The position numbers and the translations under genes are program-made. Positions 32,637 through 42,816 of a stretch of 64,000 nucleotides of DNA are shown piece by piece. Position 1 is the stretch's first letter. Each line of letters begins with the position of its first letter. This DNA is from an uncultured Planctomycetaceae bacterium (GTDB lineage: Bacteria > Planctomycetota > Planctomycetia > Isosphaerales > Isosphaeraceae): NCBI GenBank assembly GCA_963833985.1, contig CAWIAD010000001.1:2176001-2240000 (forward strand). The letters are read 5' to 3'. The notes under the pieces are model-generated. The model worked only from the letters and a program-made list of their open reading frames with translations. It made no database searches and was not told the origin of the DNA.

Positions 32637-33553
32637 TCAGGGTCGGTCGGATGGTCTGGGCGTGCTGTCTCGGGGTTCGGAATAGACCTGGCGTCCCAGG
32701 TCGGGATCATTGATCTCGAGCGTCACGTCGGGGGGCGTGTGGAACTCGAGCAGGTCGGCCGGTACATTCCCCGCGCCGGGTAGTCGTAGACGGCCTCGCT
32801 GATCATCCCGTCCCATTGCTCGGAGCGTTGCCGCAGGGGCAGGAGCGAATCGGGATCGAACCAGATGGTATCGACCTGAGGCCTGGAATTCGCGTCGCCT
32901 GCACCGGGCCAGCGCAGCGTGACCTTGCGCACGGCACGTCCCTGATAGGTGTCTTGCTCGATGCGGATATCCGCCTTGTGCGTCTCGGCCCAGTGCACCA
33001 GTGCCTCGTTGTTCTGTATCAGGCCGGCGTGCTCGAATTCGCTTTGCCGGCCCAGGAGCCGGGTCGACCAGGCCGCGACGAGTCGACCGGGCACGTCCCA
33101 GCGGAATTCCCAGCGGCCGTTGTTGACCACCACGCCCTTGACCGTTCCGCCCGAGCGTGTCTCGCTGCGCCCGCCCTTGCCGCGGGCATACCACGTCTCC
33201 TCGGTGCGATCGATCGCCGGCCCCTTCAAGATCACCACGCGATGGCACGCGGGCACCTCGGTCCAGGTGGATCGCACCGACTGGAGGAAGCCGGCCGCAG
33301 TCGCGTTGCGCGGCCGGGCCAGGAAGCCGACCAGGCCAAGAAAGAGGACCGCGGCCGCCACGGCAGCGAACCGCCTCCAGGACCAGAGGGCGACCGCTAT
33401 CGGGCGAATTGACGTCTCCTCGGCATGGTCAATGGTCGCCAGGCAGCGGTCGAGCAGGTTGCCAGGAACGGGCGGAGCGGCGAGCGATTGCAATCGGGCT
33501 TCAAGTCCGCCAGGCGGGGGCTTTGGTTCCTCGCAATCATGATCATGAAGCAT
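32637..33553 (-). CDS. Putative anti-sigma factor with TM and LolA-like periplasmic domain (frameshift ~32772)
   Basis: Short cytoplasmic LEARL...PPVP domain, RRFAAVAAAVL TM, C-terminal IWFDPDSLLP...YDYP; overlaps the ECF sigma stop. Confidence 0.65.
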
Positions 33554-34100
33554 GTTGATCCTCCCTTGTGGGCCGCAGAGACGGGTCCCAGGACGCGAGC
33601 TTGGAGGTGAGCCGGCGCTTCGCGGCGAAGTAGCGCCAGCGCGCGAGCCCCGCTGAGACCCCCTGGATGATTCCAATTTCCTCGTAATCCGCGTTCTGCC
33701 AGAAACGGAGCGTGAACGCCTCTCGGAGGTCTCCGGGCAGCTCGCGCACGGCCAGCTCGGCGGCCGCCTGGAACTCGCGATCCATTGCCGCTTGCTCTGC
33801 CGTACGCTCGGGGCCAGGGATCTCGGAAAGCACTGCGGGCCTGTACTCCCGGCGGTCACGCGCCTGCTTCCGCCAGAGGTTCCGGCCGATGGAATACAGC
33901 CAGGCCTTCGGGCTGACCTGCGGGGGAGACCGGTCAAGTCCACCCCAGAAGCCGACGAATGTCTCCTGGGTCAGGTCGGCGGACCGATCCGGAGAGCCGG
34001 TGAGCCGGCAAAACCAGCGATAGAGTGCGGCGTAGTGGGCCCGGACGAACGCCTCGCGTGAGGCCCGGTCAACGAGACGCGGCTCCGTTTCGTGCTCCAA
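33543..34100 (-). CDS. ECF RNA polymerase sigma factor
   Basis: DLTQETF, WLYSIGRN, LPGDLREAFTLRF, YEEIG. Confidence 0.9.
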   Translation of the reverse strand: MEHETEPRLVDRASREAFVRAHYAALYRWFCRLTGSPDRSADLTQETFVGFWGGLDRSPPQVSPKAWLYSIGRNLWRKQARDRREYRPAVLSEIPGPERTAEQAAMDREFQAAAELAVRELPGDLREAFTLRFWQNADYEEIGIIQGVSAGLARWRYFAAKRRLTSKLASWDPSLRPTREDQHAS

Positions 34101-34315
34101 CGGCTCGCTCCTCGCAGTGAGGCGGCTCGGTCTTTCGCCACACTGAAGACATACCCCAGATGAGGTTTTCGTTAGAGTGAATCCGCCTCGGCTCTGAAAA
34201 ACACCTGGCGAACCCGGGATGAGCAGGCAAAAAAGTGGTAGTGTGGCACCGAGGAACGCAGGGGCTCTGGACGTGGCATGAACGAGCCGGGACCGCTCAA
34301 CCCGGGGAGACTCTC

Positions 34316-35125
34316 ATGGGTTCGCCGTTTCCAGGGATGGATCCCTATATCGAAGGTTGCGGACTGTGGGGTGACTTTCACAATGAGCTCATCCTGGAGA
34401 TCAAGCACGCGCTGGCACGGGTGGCACCTGAGCGCTATCTTGTGCGTGCCGGAGAAAGATCGTACGTGATCTTGTTCGAGCAGGGGGCCAGGAAGAGCCG
34501 CCCGTTTGTTCCCGATGTCAGTGTCACGACAAAGGGGCGCAAGAAGAGCGCAGGGCGGAACGGCGGAGCCGCCGTGGCCGAGGCAACGCGGAATGGCGAA
34601 CCCGTTCTCATGCGTGCCTTCGTTGAAGAGGAACATCGCGAGGCCTTCGTCGAGATTTACGAGGCGACGCCCGAGCAACGCCTCGTGACGTGCATCGAGG
34701 TCCTCTCGCCGTCGAACAAGCGCCCCAACTCGGCCGGCTGGGATCTTTATGTCCGCAAGCGGCAGAACCTGTTCCTGGGGGACACGAACCTGGTCGAGAT
34801 CGATCTGCTGCGTGCTGGCCAACGCATGCCGATGCTCGACGCATGGCCGGAGAGTCCCTACACGTTCCTGGTCGCTCATGCCAGAAAACATGGTTCCTGC
34901 CGGGTCTGGCCGGTCCACTTTCAAACGCGGGTGCCCTCGCTACCCGTGCCGCTGGCCAAGCGCGATCCCGACATTACCCTGGACCTTCAGCCGATGATCG
35001 AATCGATCTACGAGGGATCTCGATACGACCGCAGCATCGACTATCGCAAGCCGCTTGACCCACCTCTGAACGACGAGGAAATCGCCTGGCTCAAGAAGCA
35101 GCTCAGGAGCAAGACGAGCACCTGA
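34316..35125 (+). CDS. DUF4058 family protein
   Basis: MGSPFPGMDPYIE, IEVLSPSNK, LVEIDLLR, LPVPL, LDLQ. Confidence 0.88.
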   Translation: MGSPFPGMDPYIEGCGLWGDFHNELILEIKHALARVAPERYLVRAGERSYVILFEQGARKSRPFVPDVSVTTKGRKKSAGRNGGAAVAEATRNGEPVLMRAFVEEEHREAFVEIYEATPEQRLVTCIEVLSPSNKRPNSAGWDLYVRKRQNLFLGDTNLVEIDLLRAGQRMPMLDAWPESPYTFLVAHARKHGSCRVWPVHFQTRVPSLPVPLAKRDPDITLDLQPMIESIYEGSRYDRSIDYRKPLDPPLNDEEIAWLKKQLRSKTST

Positions 35126-35128
35126 TTC

Positions 35129-36295
35129 TCACATCATCGACCGGAACTCATCGAAGAGGTACTGGCTGTCGTGCGGGCCGGCCGAGGCTTCCGGGTGATA
35201 CTGCACGCTGAAGATGGGGAGCCGCCGGTGCCGCATCCCCTCGAGCGTCTGATCATTCAGGTTCACGTGGCTGAGCTCGACGTCGGCCGGCAGCGTGGCG
35301 GGGTCGACCGCGAATCCGTGGTTCTGCGTGGTGATCTCGATCTTGCCGGTGAGCTCGTTGCGCACGGGGTGGTTGGCGCCTCGGTGCCCGAACTTGAGCT
35401 TGAAGGTCTTGCCGCCGAAGGCCTGGCCAAGGATCTGGTGTCCCAGGCAGATCCCGAAGATCGGGATCCCCCGCGATTCCGCGGCCGTGCGGATCAGGGT
35501 CCGGATGGTGGTGGTGGCTTCCGTCAGGGCACCGGGATCTCCCGGCCCGTTGGAAAGGAAGATGGCATCGGGCTGGTGATCAAGGATGCCCTGTGCGGGC
35601 GTCGAGCCGGGAACCGCGGTCACCCGGCAGCCGATGTCGACCAGGTGCCGCAGGATGTTCCACTTCATGCCAAAATCGAGGGCCACGACGTGCGGGCAGG
35701 CCGCGAGCGGCGAACCGGTCGTTGTGGCGCCCTTGCGCGGCCCCCTGGCCCCATGCGGATCGAAGAAGAACTGCCGGTCAAGGCCGGGCTCCCAGGTGAA
35801 CGATTCCCGCGGCATGACTTCGCGGGCCAGGTCGCGGCCGACCAGTCCCGGGCTTTTCCTTGCCTTGTCCACAAGACTGGCGTCGTCCGGGTCGGTCGTC
35901 GAGAGGATCCCTTTCATCGCGCCGCGGACGCGCGTCAGCCGCACCAGCGCGCGGGTGTCCACGGCCTCGATACCGACGATGCCGTGCCGATCGAGAAAGT
36001 CTTCGAGCGATTCTTGAGCGCGGAAGTTGCTCACCCGGCTGCTCAGCTCGCGGATCACGAACCCCCTGACCCAGGGACGACGGCTCTCCAGGTCTGCTTC
36101 ATTGATCCCGTAATTGCCAATCTCCGGGTAAGTCATGGTGACGATCTGGCCATGGTAGGAGGGGTCCGTGAGGATCTCCTGGTAGCCCGTCATGCTCGTG
36201 TTGAACACGACCTCGCCGTCCACCTCTCCGCGCGCGCCGAAGGCCCGGCCGGTGAAGACCGTCCCGTCCTCGACGGCCAGTTTCGCCATGTCCAT
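35129..36295 (-). CDS. carA: Carbamoyl-phosphate synthase small subunit
   Basis: GEVVFNTSMTGYQEILTDPSY, SNGPGDP, GICLGHQ, FGHRGANHP, QYHPE. Confidence 0.97.
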   Translation of the reverse strand: MDMAKLAVEDGTVFTGRAFGARGEVDGEVVFNTSMTGYQEILTDPSYHGQIVTMTYPEIGNYGINEADLESRRPWVRGFVIRELSSRVSNFRAQESLEDFLDRHGIVGIEAVDTRALVRLTRVRGAMKGILSTTDPDDASLVDKARKSPGLVGRDLAREVMPRESFTWEPGLDRQFFFDPHGARGPRKGATTTGSPLAACPHVVALDFGMKWNILRHLVDIGCRVTAVPGSTPAQGILDHQPDAIFLSNGPGDPGALTEATTTIRTLIRTAAESRGIPIFGICLGHQILGQAFGGKTFKLKFGHRGANHPVRNELTGKIEITTQNHGFAVDPATLPADVELSHVNLNDQTLEGMRHRRLPIFSVQYHPEASAGPHDSQYLFDEFRSMM

Positions 36296-36409
36296 TGCAC
36301 CGATCGGGGCCGCTCGGCCTCCACTCCGCCTTGGATGTTGTTGATCTTCAGGTTTCAATCTTACACGGTCAGATGCTCATGCGTCGAGTGACCACCGGGG
36401 TCGTCGACC

Positions 36410-38182
36410 TCACAGCAGGTCGGTCGCCTCGAGACAGGTGCGCTCCTGCCGCCATGTCGCCCACCCAAGCACCAGCGCGTTGAGGGCCAGCGCTCCGAGG
36501 GCCAGCGCGGCTGCCTGGCGACGGGCATCGCCAGGCTGGTTGGCCAGCATCACGATGCCTGGCCCCAGGGGACTCTCCTGGAGCGACGGCACCAGCACCA
36601 TGGCCGGCGAGACAGCCGTTGCCGTCAGCACGCCCCAGAGCAGGATCAGGCGAGGCGAGATCCCGCGGGCACGGCTCCAGATCTGTCCTGCGGCGCGCGT
36701 GCGGACAGCCCCGCAGAGACGAAGCTGGTCGAGCTGGTGCGCAACGGCCTGTTCCCGCCCGGAGCCTGCCGGACGGCCAGCGATCCCACGCGGCAGGCAC
36801 GCCAGCATGACGCCGGCGTAGAGTGCCAGACCCGGGCACGCCACGGGGTCGAAGGCCACGGCAATCCCTTGCAGCCAGTATACGGCCCCGGGTGCGTACA
36901 GGGTCCCGGAACAGTATCGCGCACCCAGCAAGGCGGTTTGACCGAGAGCCAGGATCCCCACGCCCACCGCCAGCGGAGGCATGGCCACAAGCAGTGCCGC
37001 ATGGCGCCGCCGGCGCGCGCTGGGTCCGCAGCTTTCGCGACACGGACGCCATGCCAGCACCCAGGCGGCCACTCCCACCACCAGCCCCACCAGCGCGGAG
37101 CGTGCCAGCAAGGCGCCGGCGGGTTCCGCAGTCCAGCGCCGCAGCAGGGCGATGATGGACAGTCCATCGGCCGGAAGAGCGCCTTCCGTCGCAGCCACCG
37201 GCAACGAGCCCAGCCGCAGGAGCCCGAGCACAGGTGCCCATGCCAGCAGCGACCAGCCGCCAAGCATGAGCCATGACAGCAATACGCGCGGCCAGGCCGC
37301 ACGGGACCTGGGAACGTCGACCGGCCGGTACCCGGTTCGCTCGGCCATGCCCGGTGCGGCTCTTGAGCTACTGGCCCGCGCTGCCAGCAATCCGCAGGCC
37401 AGTCCAATCGCCGCGATCATCCAGGCCATCACAGTCGACCTGGGAAACGGGTCCGGGCCGAGCAAGGACGCGGTGATCTGGAAACCGAGAGTTCTGCGCA
37501 GGCCCAGGAGCAAAGGAGCGCCTGGGTCCGCCAGGTTGATCACGAAAACAAGGCAAGCCGTACGTGCCAGTGACGGACTCAGCACCGGCCAGGTCAGCGT
37601 CCACCAGGCCTTGAGCGGCCGCATGCCGCCGAGCCGCGCCGCGTCCGCGGCATGGCCCTGGGAATGTCGAAGCACGGACCGGGTGGTCCAGCCCACAACC
37701 GCGGCACCCTGGATGGTCGCGCCCCACACCCAGGCAACCCACCGCCACGTCGCCTGTGATTCGCTTTCTGGAATGCCGAGCGCTACCGCAATGGCCACGA
37801 GACGGCGTGCCGGCTCCGGGCCGCAGAGTGCCACCACCCCGAGCGCCAGGAAGGCAGGGGCAAAGACCGCAGGTGCGGACACAGCGGCCCAGAGGACCGG
37901 GCGGCCCCAGAACCCTGGCCCGTCGGCCAGTCGGCCAAGTGTCACGCCAATCACAAGCGCAGCAACCGTGATGACCAGGGCTGCCATCACGCTGTTCCAG
38001 AGACTGGTCCGGACCAGCGGATCGAGCGCCGTCAGTGCCGCAGGGAACAGCGAGAGCCTTACGCGCGAGTCAGGCGCCGGTCCGATGTCGCAGACGGTCG
38101 CGGGAACGAGTGCCAGCAGCGGAGCCAGTACCGCCAGGCAAAGCGCGAACTCGAACATCCGGGAAATCGCACGTCCCAGCAT
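36410..38182 (-). CDS. Divergent FbpB-type ABC transporter permease
   Basis: Duplicated multi-TM architecture, SLWNS, EAA-like DAARLGG...WWTLTWP. Confidence 0.65.
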   Translation of the reverse strand: MLGRAISRMFEFALCLAVLAPLLALVPATVCDIGPAPDSRVRLSLFPAALTALDPLVRTSLWNSVMAALVITVAALVIGVTLGRLADGPGFWGRPVLWAAVSAPAVFAPAFLALGVVALCGPEPARRLVAIAVALGIPESESQATWRWVAWVWGATIQGAAVVGWTTRSVLRHSQGHAADAARLGGMRPLKAWWTLTWPVLSPSLARTACLVFVINLADPGAPLLLGLRRTLGFQITASLLGPDPFPRSTVMAWMIAAIGLACGLLAARASSSRAAPGMAERTGYRPVDVPRSRAAWPRVLLSWLMLGGWSLLAWAPVLGLLRLGSLPVAATEGALPADGLSIIALLRRWTAEPAGALLARSALVGLVVGVAAWVLAWRPCRESCGPSARRRRHAALLVAMPPLAVGVGILALGQTALLGARYCSGTLYAPGAVYWLQGIAVAFDPVACPGLALYAGVMLACLPRGIAGRPAGSGREQAVAHQLDQLRLCGAVRTRAAGQIWSRARGISPRLILLWGVLTATAVSPAMVLVPSLQESPLGPGIVMLANQPGDARRQAAALALGALALNALVLGWATWRQERTCLEATDLL

Positions 38183-38304
38183 CCCTTGACCTGTGAAAAA
38201 AGCTCTCGCGGAGGCATCATCGGCATGTCATCCTAGCAGTACCGCAGCCTCCTGGCCAGTTGCACGGTACCGGCCAGGGACGGCTCAGCCGCCAGGAGCA
38301 AGCC

Positions 38305-39312
38305 ATGAAAGCCTATCGCCTGCACGCTCTCACCGGTCCGGACTCGATCCGGCGCGAAGACCTGCCCTCGCCAGTGCCCGGACATGGGCAGGTGCTGGTG
38401 CGGATCCGGGCGGTGTCACTGAACTACCGCGACCTGATGATCGCCAGAGGCGAGTACAACCCCCGGCTGATGTTGCCGCGGATTCCCCTCTCGGACGGAT
38501 CCGGCGAGGTGGCCGGCACCGGAGCCGGGGTCACACGGGTGCAGCCCGGCGATCGCGTGATGTGCAGCTTCATGCCGGACTGGATCGGCGGCGGCCTTGA
38601 CGAAGCCAAGGCACACTCCGCGCTGGGCGGCAACGTCGACGGCGTGCTGGCCGAGGAGGTGGTGCTCCCGGCGGAGGCACTGGTCCGGATCCCGGAATAC
38701 CTGAGCTTCGAGGAGGCGGCCACGCTTCCCTGCGCGGCGGTGACGGCGTGGCACGCGCTGGTGGTCGGCGGCGCGGTCAAACCGGGCGATACCGTGCTCA
38801 CCCTGGGATCTGGCGGGGTCTCGATCTTCGCACTCCAGTTCGCCCGGCTCGCCGGAGCCAAAGTCATCGCGACCTCGAGCAGCGACCAGAAACTCGAGCG
38901 GCTCAAGGACATGGGCGCCGCGGTGTTGATCGACTACAAGACCGTCCCCGAGTGGCACAAGGTGGTGCGCGAGCAGACGGGCGGAGTGGGCGTGGACCAG
39001 GTTGTGGAGGTCGGCGGCGCGGGGACTCTGCCCAGATCTTTGCGTGCGGTCCGCATGGGAGGCTACATCGCGCTGATTGGCGTGCTCACCGGGGCCGGCG
39101 AGGTCGACCCGACCCCCATCCTCATGCGTAACATCCGCGTGCAGGGAATCTTCGTCGGCTCACGCTCCATGTTCGAGAGCATGACGCAGGCCATCGCGGC
39201 GAATCAGTTGCGCCCGGTCATCGACCGCGTCTTCGAGTTCGACGACGTCATCGCCGCGCTCAAGTACATGGAAAGCGGCAGTCATTTCGGCAAGGTCGTG
39301 ATTCGTATATGA
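38305..39312 (+). CDS. MDR-family NAD(P)-dependent alcohol dehydrogenase/quinone reductase
   Basis: AVSLNYRD, PLSDGSGEV, AATLPCAAVTAW, GSGGVS, HFGKVVI. Confidence 0.9.
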   Translation: MKAYRLHALTGPDSIRREDLPSPVPGHGQVLVRIRAVSLNYRDLMIARGEYNPRLMLPRIPLSDGSGEVAGTGAGVTRVQPGDRVMCSFMPDWIGGGLDEAKAHSALGGNVDGVLAEEVVLPAEALVRIPEYLSFEEAATLPCAAVTAWHALVVGGAVKPGDTVLTLGSGGVSIFALQFARLAGAKVIATSSSDQKLERLKDMGAAVLIDYKTVPEWHKVVREQTGGVGVDQVVEVGGAGTLPRSLRAVRMGGYIALIGVLTGAGEVDPTPILMRNIRVQGIFVGSRSMFESMTQAIAANQLRPVIDRVFEFDDVIAALKYMESGSHFGKVVIRI

Positions 39313-39335
39313 AAATGTAGAGCGATTTCGTCGCG

Positions 39336-40106
39336 TCATCGGGCAGGTTCGGTCATGAACGATCTGGCCCAGGCCGCGTCATCTTCACCCAGCCGCGGGT
39401 CGGGCTCGTGATCGTACAAGAAGTATCCATAGCCCGACTCGTCGTACACCCGGTCGAGGATCGCGCGCAGGTCGATCCTGGCATCGGAATCACCCGCCTT
39501 GAGGGGAACAGGAACCGTGGGCATGGGGTCACGGAGTCCAAAGGGCCAGAAACCGGCCCTGGGACGCGTTTCCACCCGGCTCACAAGAACAGAAAAAGGG
39601 CCGGCGGGCCGATCGATCGGAGGGAGCGGAGACCCGCCCCTCAATAGATCGATCTCGACGAGGTGTGCCGAGCTTTTCAAGATCTCTCCACGCTTCTTCA
39701 AACACTGTCCGCGGTGATCGCCTGCGCGTTTATTGGTCGGGCTGAGCAGCTCCACAACGGTGACGAGCTCGCGGCTCTGGCGGTCGCGAATCTGCAAGAA
39801 AGACTCGCCTTCGAAATCCAGTTCCGGCAAGACGACGTCGGCGGGCGCTTCAATGACCCAGGCGCCCGCTTCCGGAACCCCGAAGTTCCATCCGTGGGCA
39901 ACAGGCAGATCGGGACGACCCACACCACGGAGACTCTCACCAGGGAGATCGTGCAAGTACACATTCTCGTCAATCAGGACGATGTACCGGGGTAGAACCT
40001 GGGGTGTGAGATAGGCAGCCATGGCGGGAACAACCCGTTCGTGGAAGTCATGCCAGAGAACCTCTTGTTCCAGGTAGGGATCCATGCCGGGAAATGGAGA
40101 AGCCAT
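39336..40106 (-). CDS. DUF4058 family protein
   Basis: MASPFPGMDPYLE, VELLSPTNK, HLVEIDLLRGG, VPVPL. Confidence 0.88.
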   Translation of the reverse strand: MASPFPGMDPYLEQEVLWHDFHERVVPAMAAYLTPQVLPRYIVLIDENVYLHDLPGESLRGVGRPDLPVAHGWNFGVPEAGAWVIEAPADVVLPELDFEGESFLQIRDRQSRELVTVVELLSPTNKRAGDHRGQCLKKRGEILKSSAHLVEIDLLRGGSPLPPIDRPAGPFSVLVSRVETRPRAGFWPFGLRDPMPTVPVPLKAGDSDARIDLRAILDRVYDESGYGYFLYDHEPDPRLGEDDAAWARSFMTEPAR

Positions 40107-40215
40107 AGATGCGCCTTATGTGATCGCTGGACGCAGAATCGCTCATCGCTCTGAATTCACTTGCAAGTCAGAAAACGAGGGTCTGGATGATGACGGCGCT
40201 TCGCCGGTTGACTGC

Positions 40216-41325
40216 TCACGCCCCGGTCCCCACCGCGAACTTCCCCGGCAACAGGGCGACGAATTCCGGAGCCACGGACAGGGTCAGGCTCTGGCCCTCA
40301 CGCAGGCCTGGCGACTGGTTCTGGAGCACCCGAGCGGTGATCGGCCAGTCGCCCGGGCCGCGCAGGTCCACCTGGCGCATGGCCCCCTGAAAGAGTATAC
40401 GCTCGATCGTCGCGGGAAAACGGTTCCATTCGGGTGGAATCGAAGGACCCAGCGACAGGGCCTCGGGGCGGATCGCGATGGTCACCGGCGTGCCCTGTGC
40501 CAGCACCGGCGTGCCCGCGGCCGCCCTGGCCACCAGTCTGCCCAGAGGCGTACGTACCACGACCTCGCGGCGCGATTCGCTGCCATTCCCATCAATCTGG
40601 CCCTGAAGGAGATTGGCGGGGCCAAGCAGGCGGGCCACGAAGACATCGTTCGGATGGTTGTACAGCTCTTCCGGGAGTCCAACTTGGAGGATCTTGCCCA
40701 GGTCCATGACGGCCAGGCGGTCGGCCTGCGCCAGCGCCTCAGGGACCGAGCGGGTGAGCAGCAAGGTGGTGAGACCGAGCTCGCCGCGGAGGCGGCGGAT
40801 CTCGTCCCAGGCTTCCTCGCGGCCGCGCGGCTCGATGCACTCCAGTGGCTCGTCCAGCACCAGCAATTCCGGCCCGGTGACTACTGCCCGCGCCAGCGCC
40901 ACCCGCAGCGATTGCGAGGCAGTGAGCTGCTCGGGGCGCTTCCCCGCCAGGCTGTCGATCCGCAGGAGATTGAGGAACTCGCTGGACCGCTGCACCCGCA
41001 AGGGACGCTTCATCCCCTGCGCCTTGAGCGGGTAAGCGACGTTCTCGGCCACGGTCATCCCCGGCCAGAGGGCCAGGTCCGGAAAGACCACGCCGACCTT
41101 GCGCTCGTGTGCCGGCATGGCGTGGACGATCCGGTCGCTCAGGTAGATCTCGCCGTCGTCGCGCGGTTCCAGCCCTGCGAGCACGCGGCCGAGTACGGTC
41201 TTGCCCGCCCCGGGCGGACCGAGCACCGCGCAGAGCTCCCCGGGTGCGATTTGCAGCGATGCGCCATCCACGGCGGCGACCTGCCCGTACCGCTTGACCA
41301 GCCCTTCGATGATGAGGCGCGTCAT
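40216..41325 (-). CDS. FbpC/PotA-type ABC ATPase with TOBE domain, degenerate motifs
   Basis: Walker A GPPGAGKT, Walker B LLVLDEP, ELYNHP; signature, Q-loop and H-loop altered. Confidence 0.85.
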   Translation of the reverse strand: MTRLIIEGLVKRYGQVAAVDGASLQIAPGELCAVLGPPGAGKTVLGRVLAGLEPRDDGEIYLSDRIVHAMPAHERKVGVVFPDLALWPGMTVAENVAYPLKAQGMKRPLRVQRSSEFLNLLRIDSLAGKRPEQLTASQSLRVALARAVVTGPELLVLDEPLECIEPRGREEAWDEIRRLRGELGLTTLLLTRSVPEALAQADRLAVMDLGKILQVGLPEELYNHPNDVFVARLLGPANLLQGQIDGNGSESRREVVVRTPLGRLVARAAAGTPVLAQGTPVTIAIRPEALSLGPSIPPEWNRFPATIERILFQGAMRQVDLRGPGDWPITARVLQNQSPGLREGQSLTLSVAPEFVALLPGKFAVGTGA

Positions 41326-41366
41326 GAACCAGAGCTTTCCTGGAGGATCGAGCAACGATCGGGAGG

Positions 41367-42686
41367 TCAAGGAGAACGAGCAGGCTCCGGCTTCCCGGCC
41401 GGGCTCCGGCCGCTGGCCAGCCGCGCAATCCGCCGGTAGCGCTGGCGTGCCCACGCGGTCCACTCGGCACGCAGCCAGGCGCGAAACCTCGGCTCGCGCA
41501 CCAGTCGGCCGTCTTCCGCGGAGGCAAGCTGCTCCAGCAAGGCCTCATCGATGGGCCGGGCCGGCTGGAGCCAGCTCTGCACCAGCCAGAGGCGAACCTG
41601 GGGATCGGGAACGATCTGCCGGGTCAGCTCCTGCAACAGGCCGAGTGCGGATTCACCGCCCTGCGCCTGTAACTTGCCAATCGATGCCGGCGGCCAGGGG
41701 GGCGGCTCCGTGAGCCAGCCGCGGATGCGAGCCACGGCGGCGTCATCCGCTCGCGGCATCGCCTTGCTGGCGATCAGCAACTCGTCGCGGGCATCCACCA
41801 GTACGGAGCCCAGCAGGTCGGCCAGCAGGTCGTTCCGCCCGGGATCGATATCCGAAGCCTCCTCCTGGAGCCCGGCACCATGGTGCTCGACCAGAAAGCT
41901 CAGGAACAAGCGCGCTTGCCGCCCGTGGCGGCTTCCGCGCAGCACGGCCGCCCCCTCGCGGAAAGGAACGGCGGGAGCCGCGGAACCGAGGGGATCGGGT
42001 GGAACCGCCGCCGTGACGGCAAGGCCCTGCTGGGCCTCACCGCGCTGGAGTGCGGCCGCGGCACTTCCGCTTTGCCAGCCGGTCGGACAGGACGCCCGCG
42101 CTGCCAGCTCCACCAGCCGGGCGTAGCCGTCGCTCCACTTGCCCTGGCGCAGCTCCGCCGAAAACCAGGCCAGCGTGGGTGGGTCGACGCGGGGATCGTC
42201 CAACGCGAGGACATCGTGTCCGGTCGCGCCGGCCGGTCCCGGCGTCGCCTGCCGCCAGACGCCGCTCACCCAGCCCCTCGAGCCCGATCCGTCGACCGGC
42301 TCCAGCCGTCCCTCCCGGTCCAGCCGCAGGTACTCCGTGACCGGTCCGCCCAGCACGACGTCTACCGGCAGGACCCGATTGCAGACGCGGCCCAGACGCG
42401 TGCCCGGTGTGACGTCGATCCAGACGATCTTCACCGGTTTCGGGCCCGTGCTCCGGCTCTGGAACTCACGTTCCAGCGTCTGCTGTGCTGGCCGGGCCCA
42501 GGTGGTGGCGATCCGCAAGACGTCCACATCGGGACCTGCGAGGACGGACTCGACGACCTGCGACGCGAGGCCCGCGCCCCGGTCGCCTCCGCACCCGGCG
42601 ATGCCCAGCAGGCAAGTCAACAGAAACGGTGCAAGGTCGATGGCACGCCGAGAGATGCCTGCCGTCATGGGGAGCTCCCGCTTCAA
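41367..42686 (-). CDS. Divergent ABC substrate-binding lipoprotein
   Basis: Lipobox IAGC, DVVLGG, EGAAVL...ARLFLSFL; directly upstream of the ATPase. Confidence 0.6.
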   Translation of the reverse strand: MKRELPMTAGISRRAIDLAPFLLTCLLGIAGCGGDRGAGLASQVVESVLAGPDVDVLRIATTWARPAQQTLEREFQSRSTGPKPVKIVWIDVTPGTRLGRVCNRVLPVDVVLGGPVTEYLRLDREGRLEPVDGSGSRGWVSGVWRQATPGPAGATGHDVLALDDPRVDPPTLAWFSAELRQGKWSDGYARLVELAARASCPTGWQSGSAAAALQRGEAQQGLAVTAAVPPDPLGSAAPAVPFREGAAVLRGSRHGRQARLFLSFLVEHHGAGLQEEASDIDPGRNDLLADLLGSVLVDARDELLIASKAMPRADDAAVARIRGWLTEPPPWPPASIGKLQAQGGESALGLLQELTRQIVPDPQVRLWLVQSWLQPARPIDEALLEQLASAEDGRLVREPRFRAWLRAEWTAWARQRYRRIARLASGRSPAGKPEPARSP

Positions 42687-42816
42687 CCGGGTCGAAGGCC
42701 GGGCCTGCGATTGGCTAAATAGATCCTCGCCTCTTGGAATGTGGGCCAGCCGCCCTCGGCTGGCTCAGGACGGCCGAGGGCGGCCGTTCCACACTTTCCC
42801 TCTTACGGGGAGCTAT

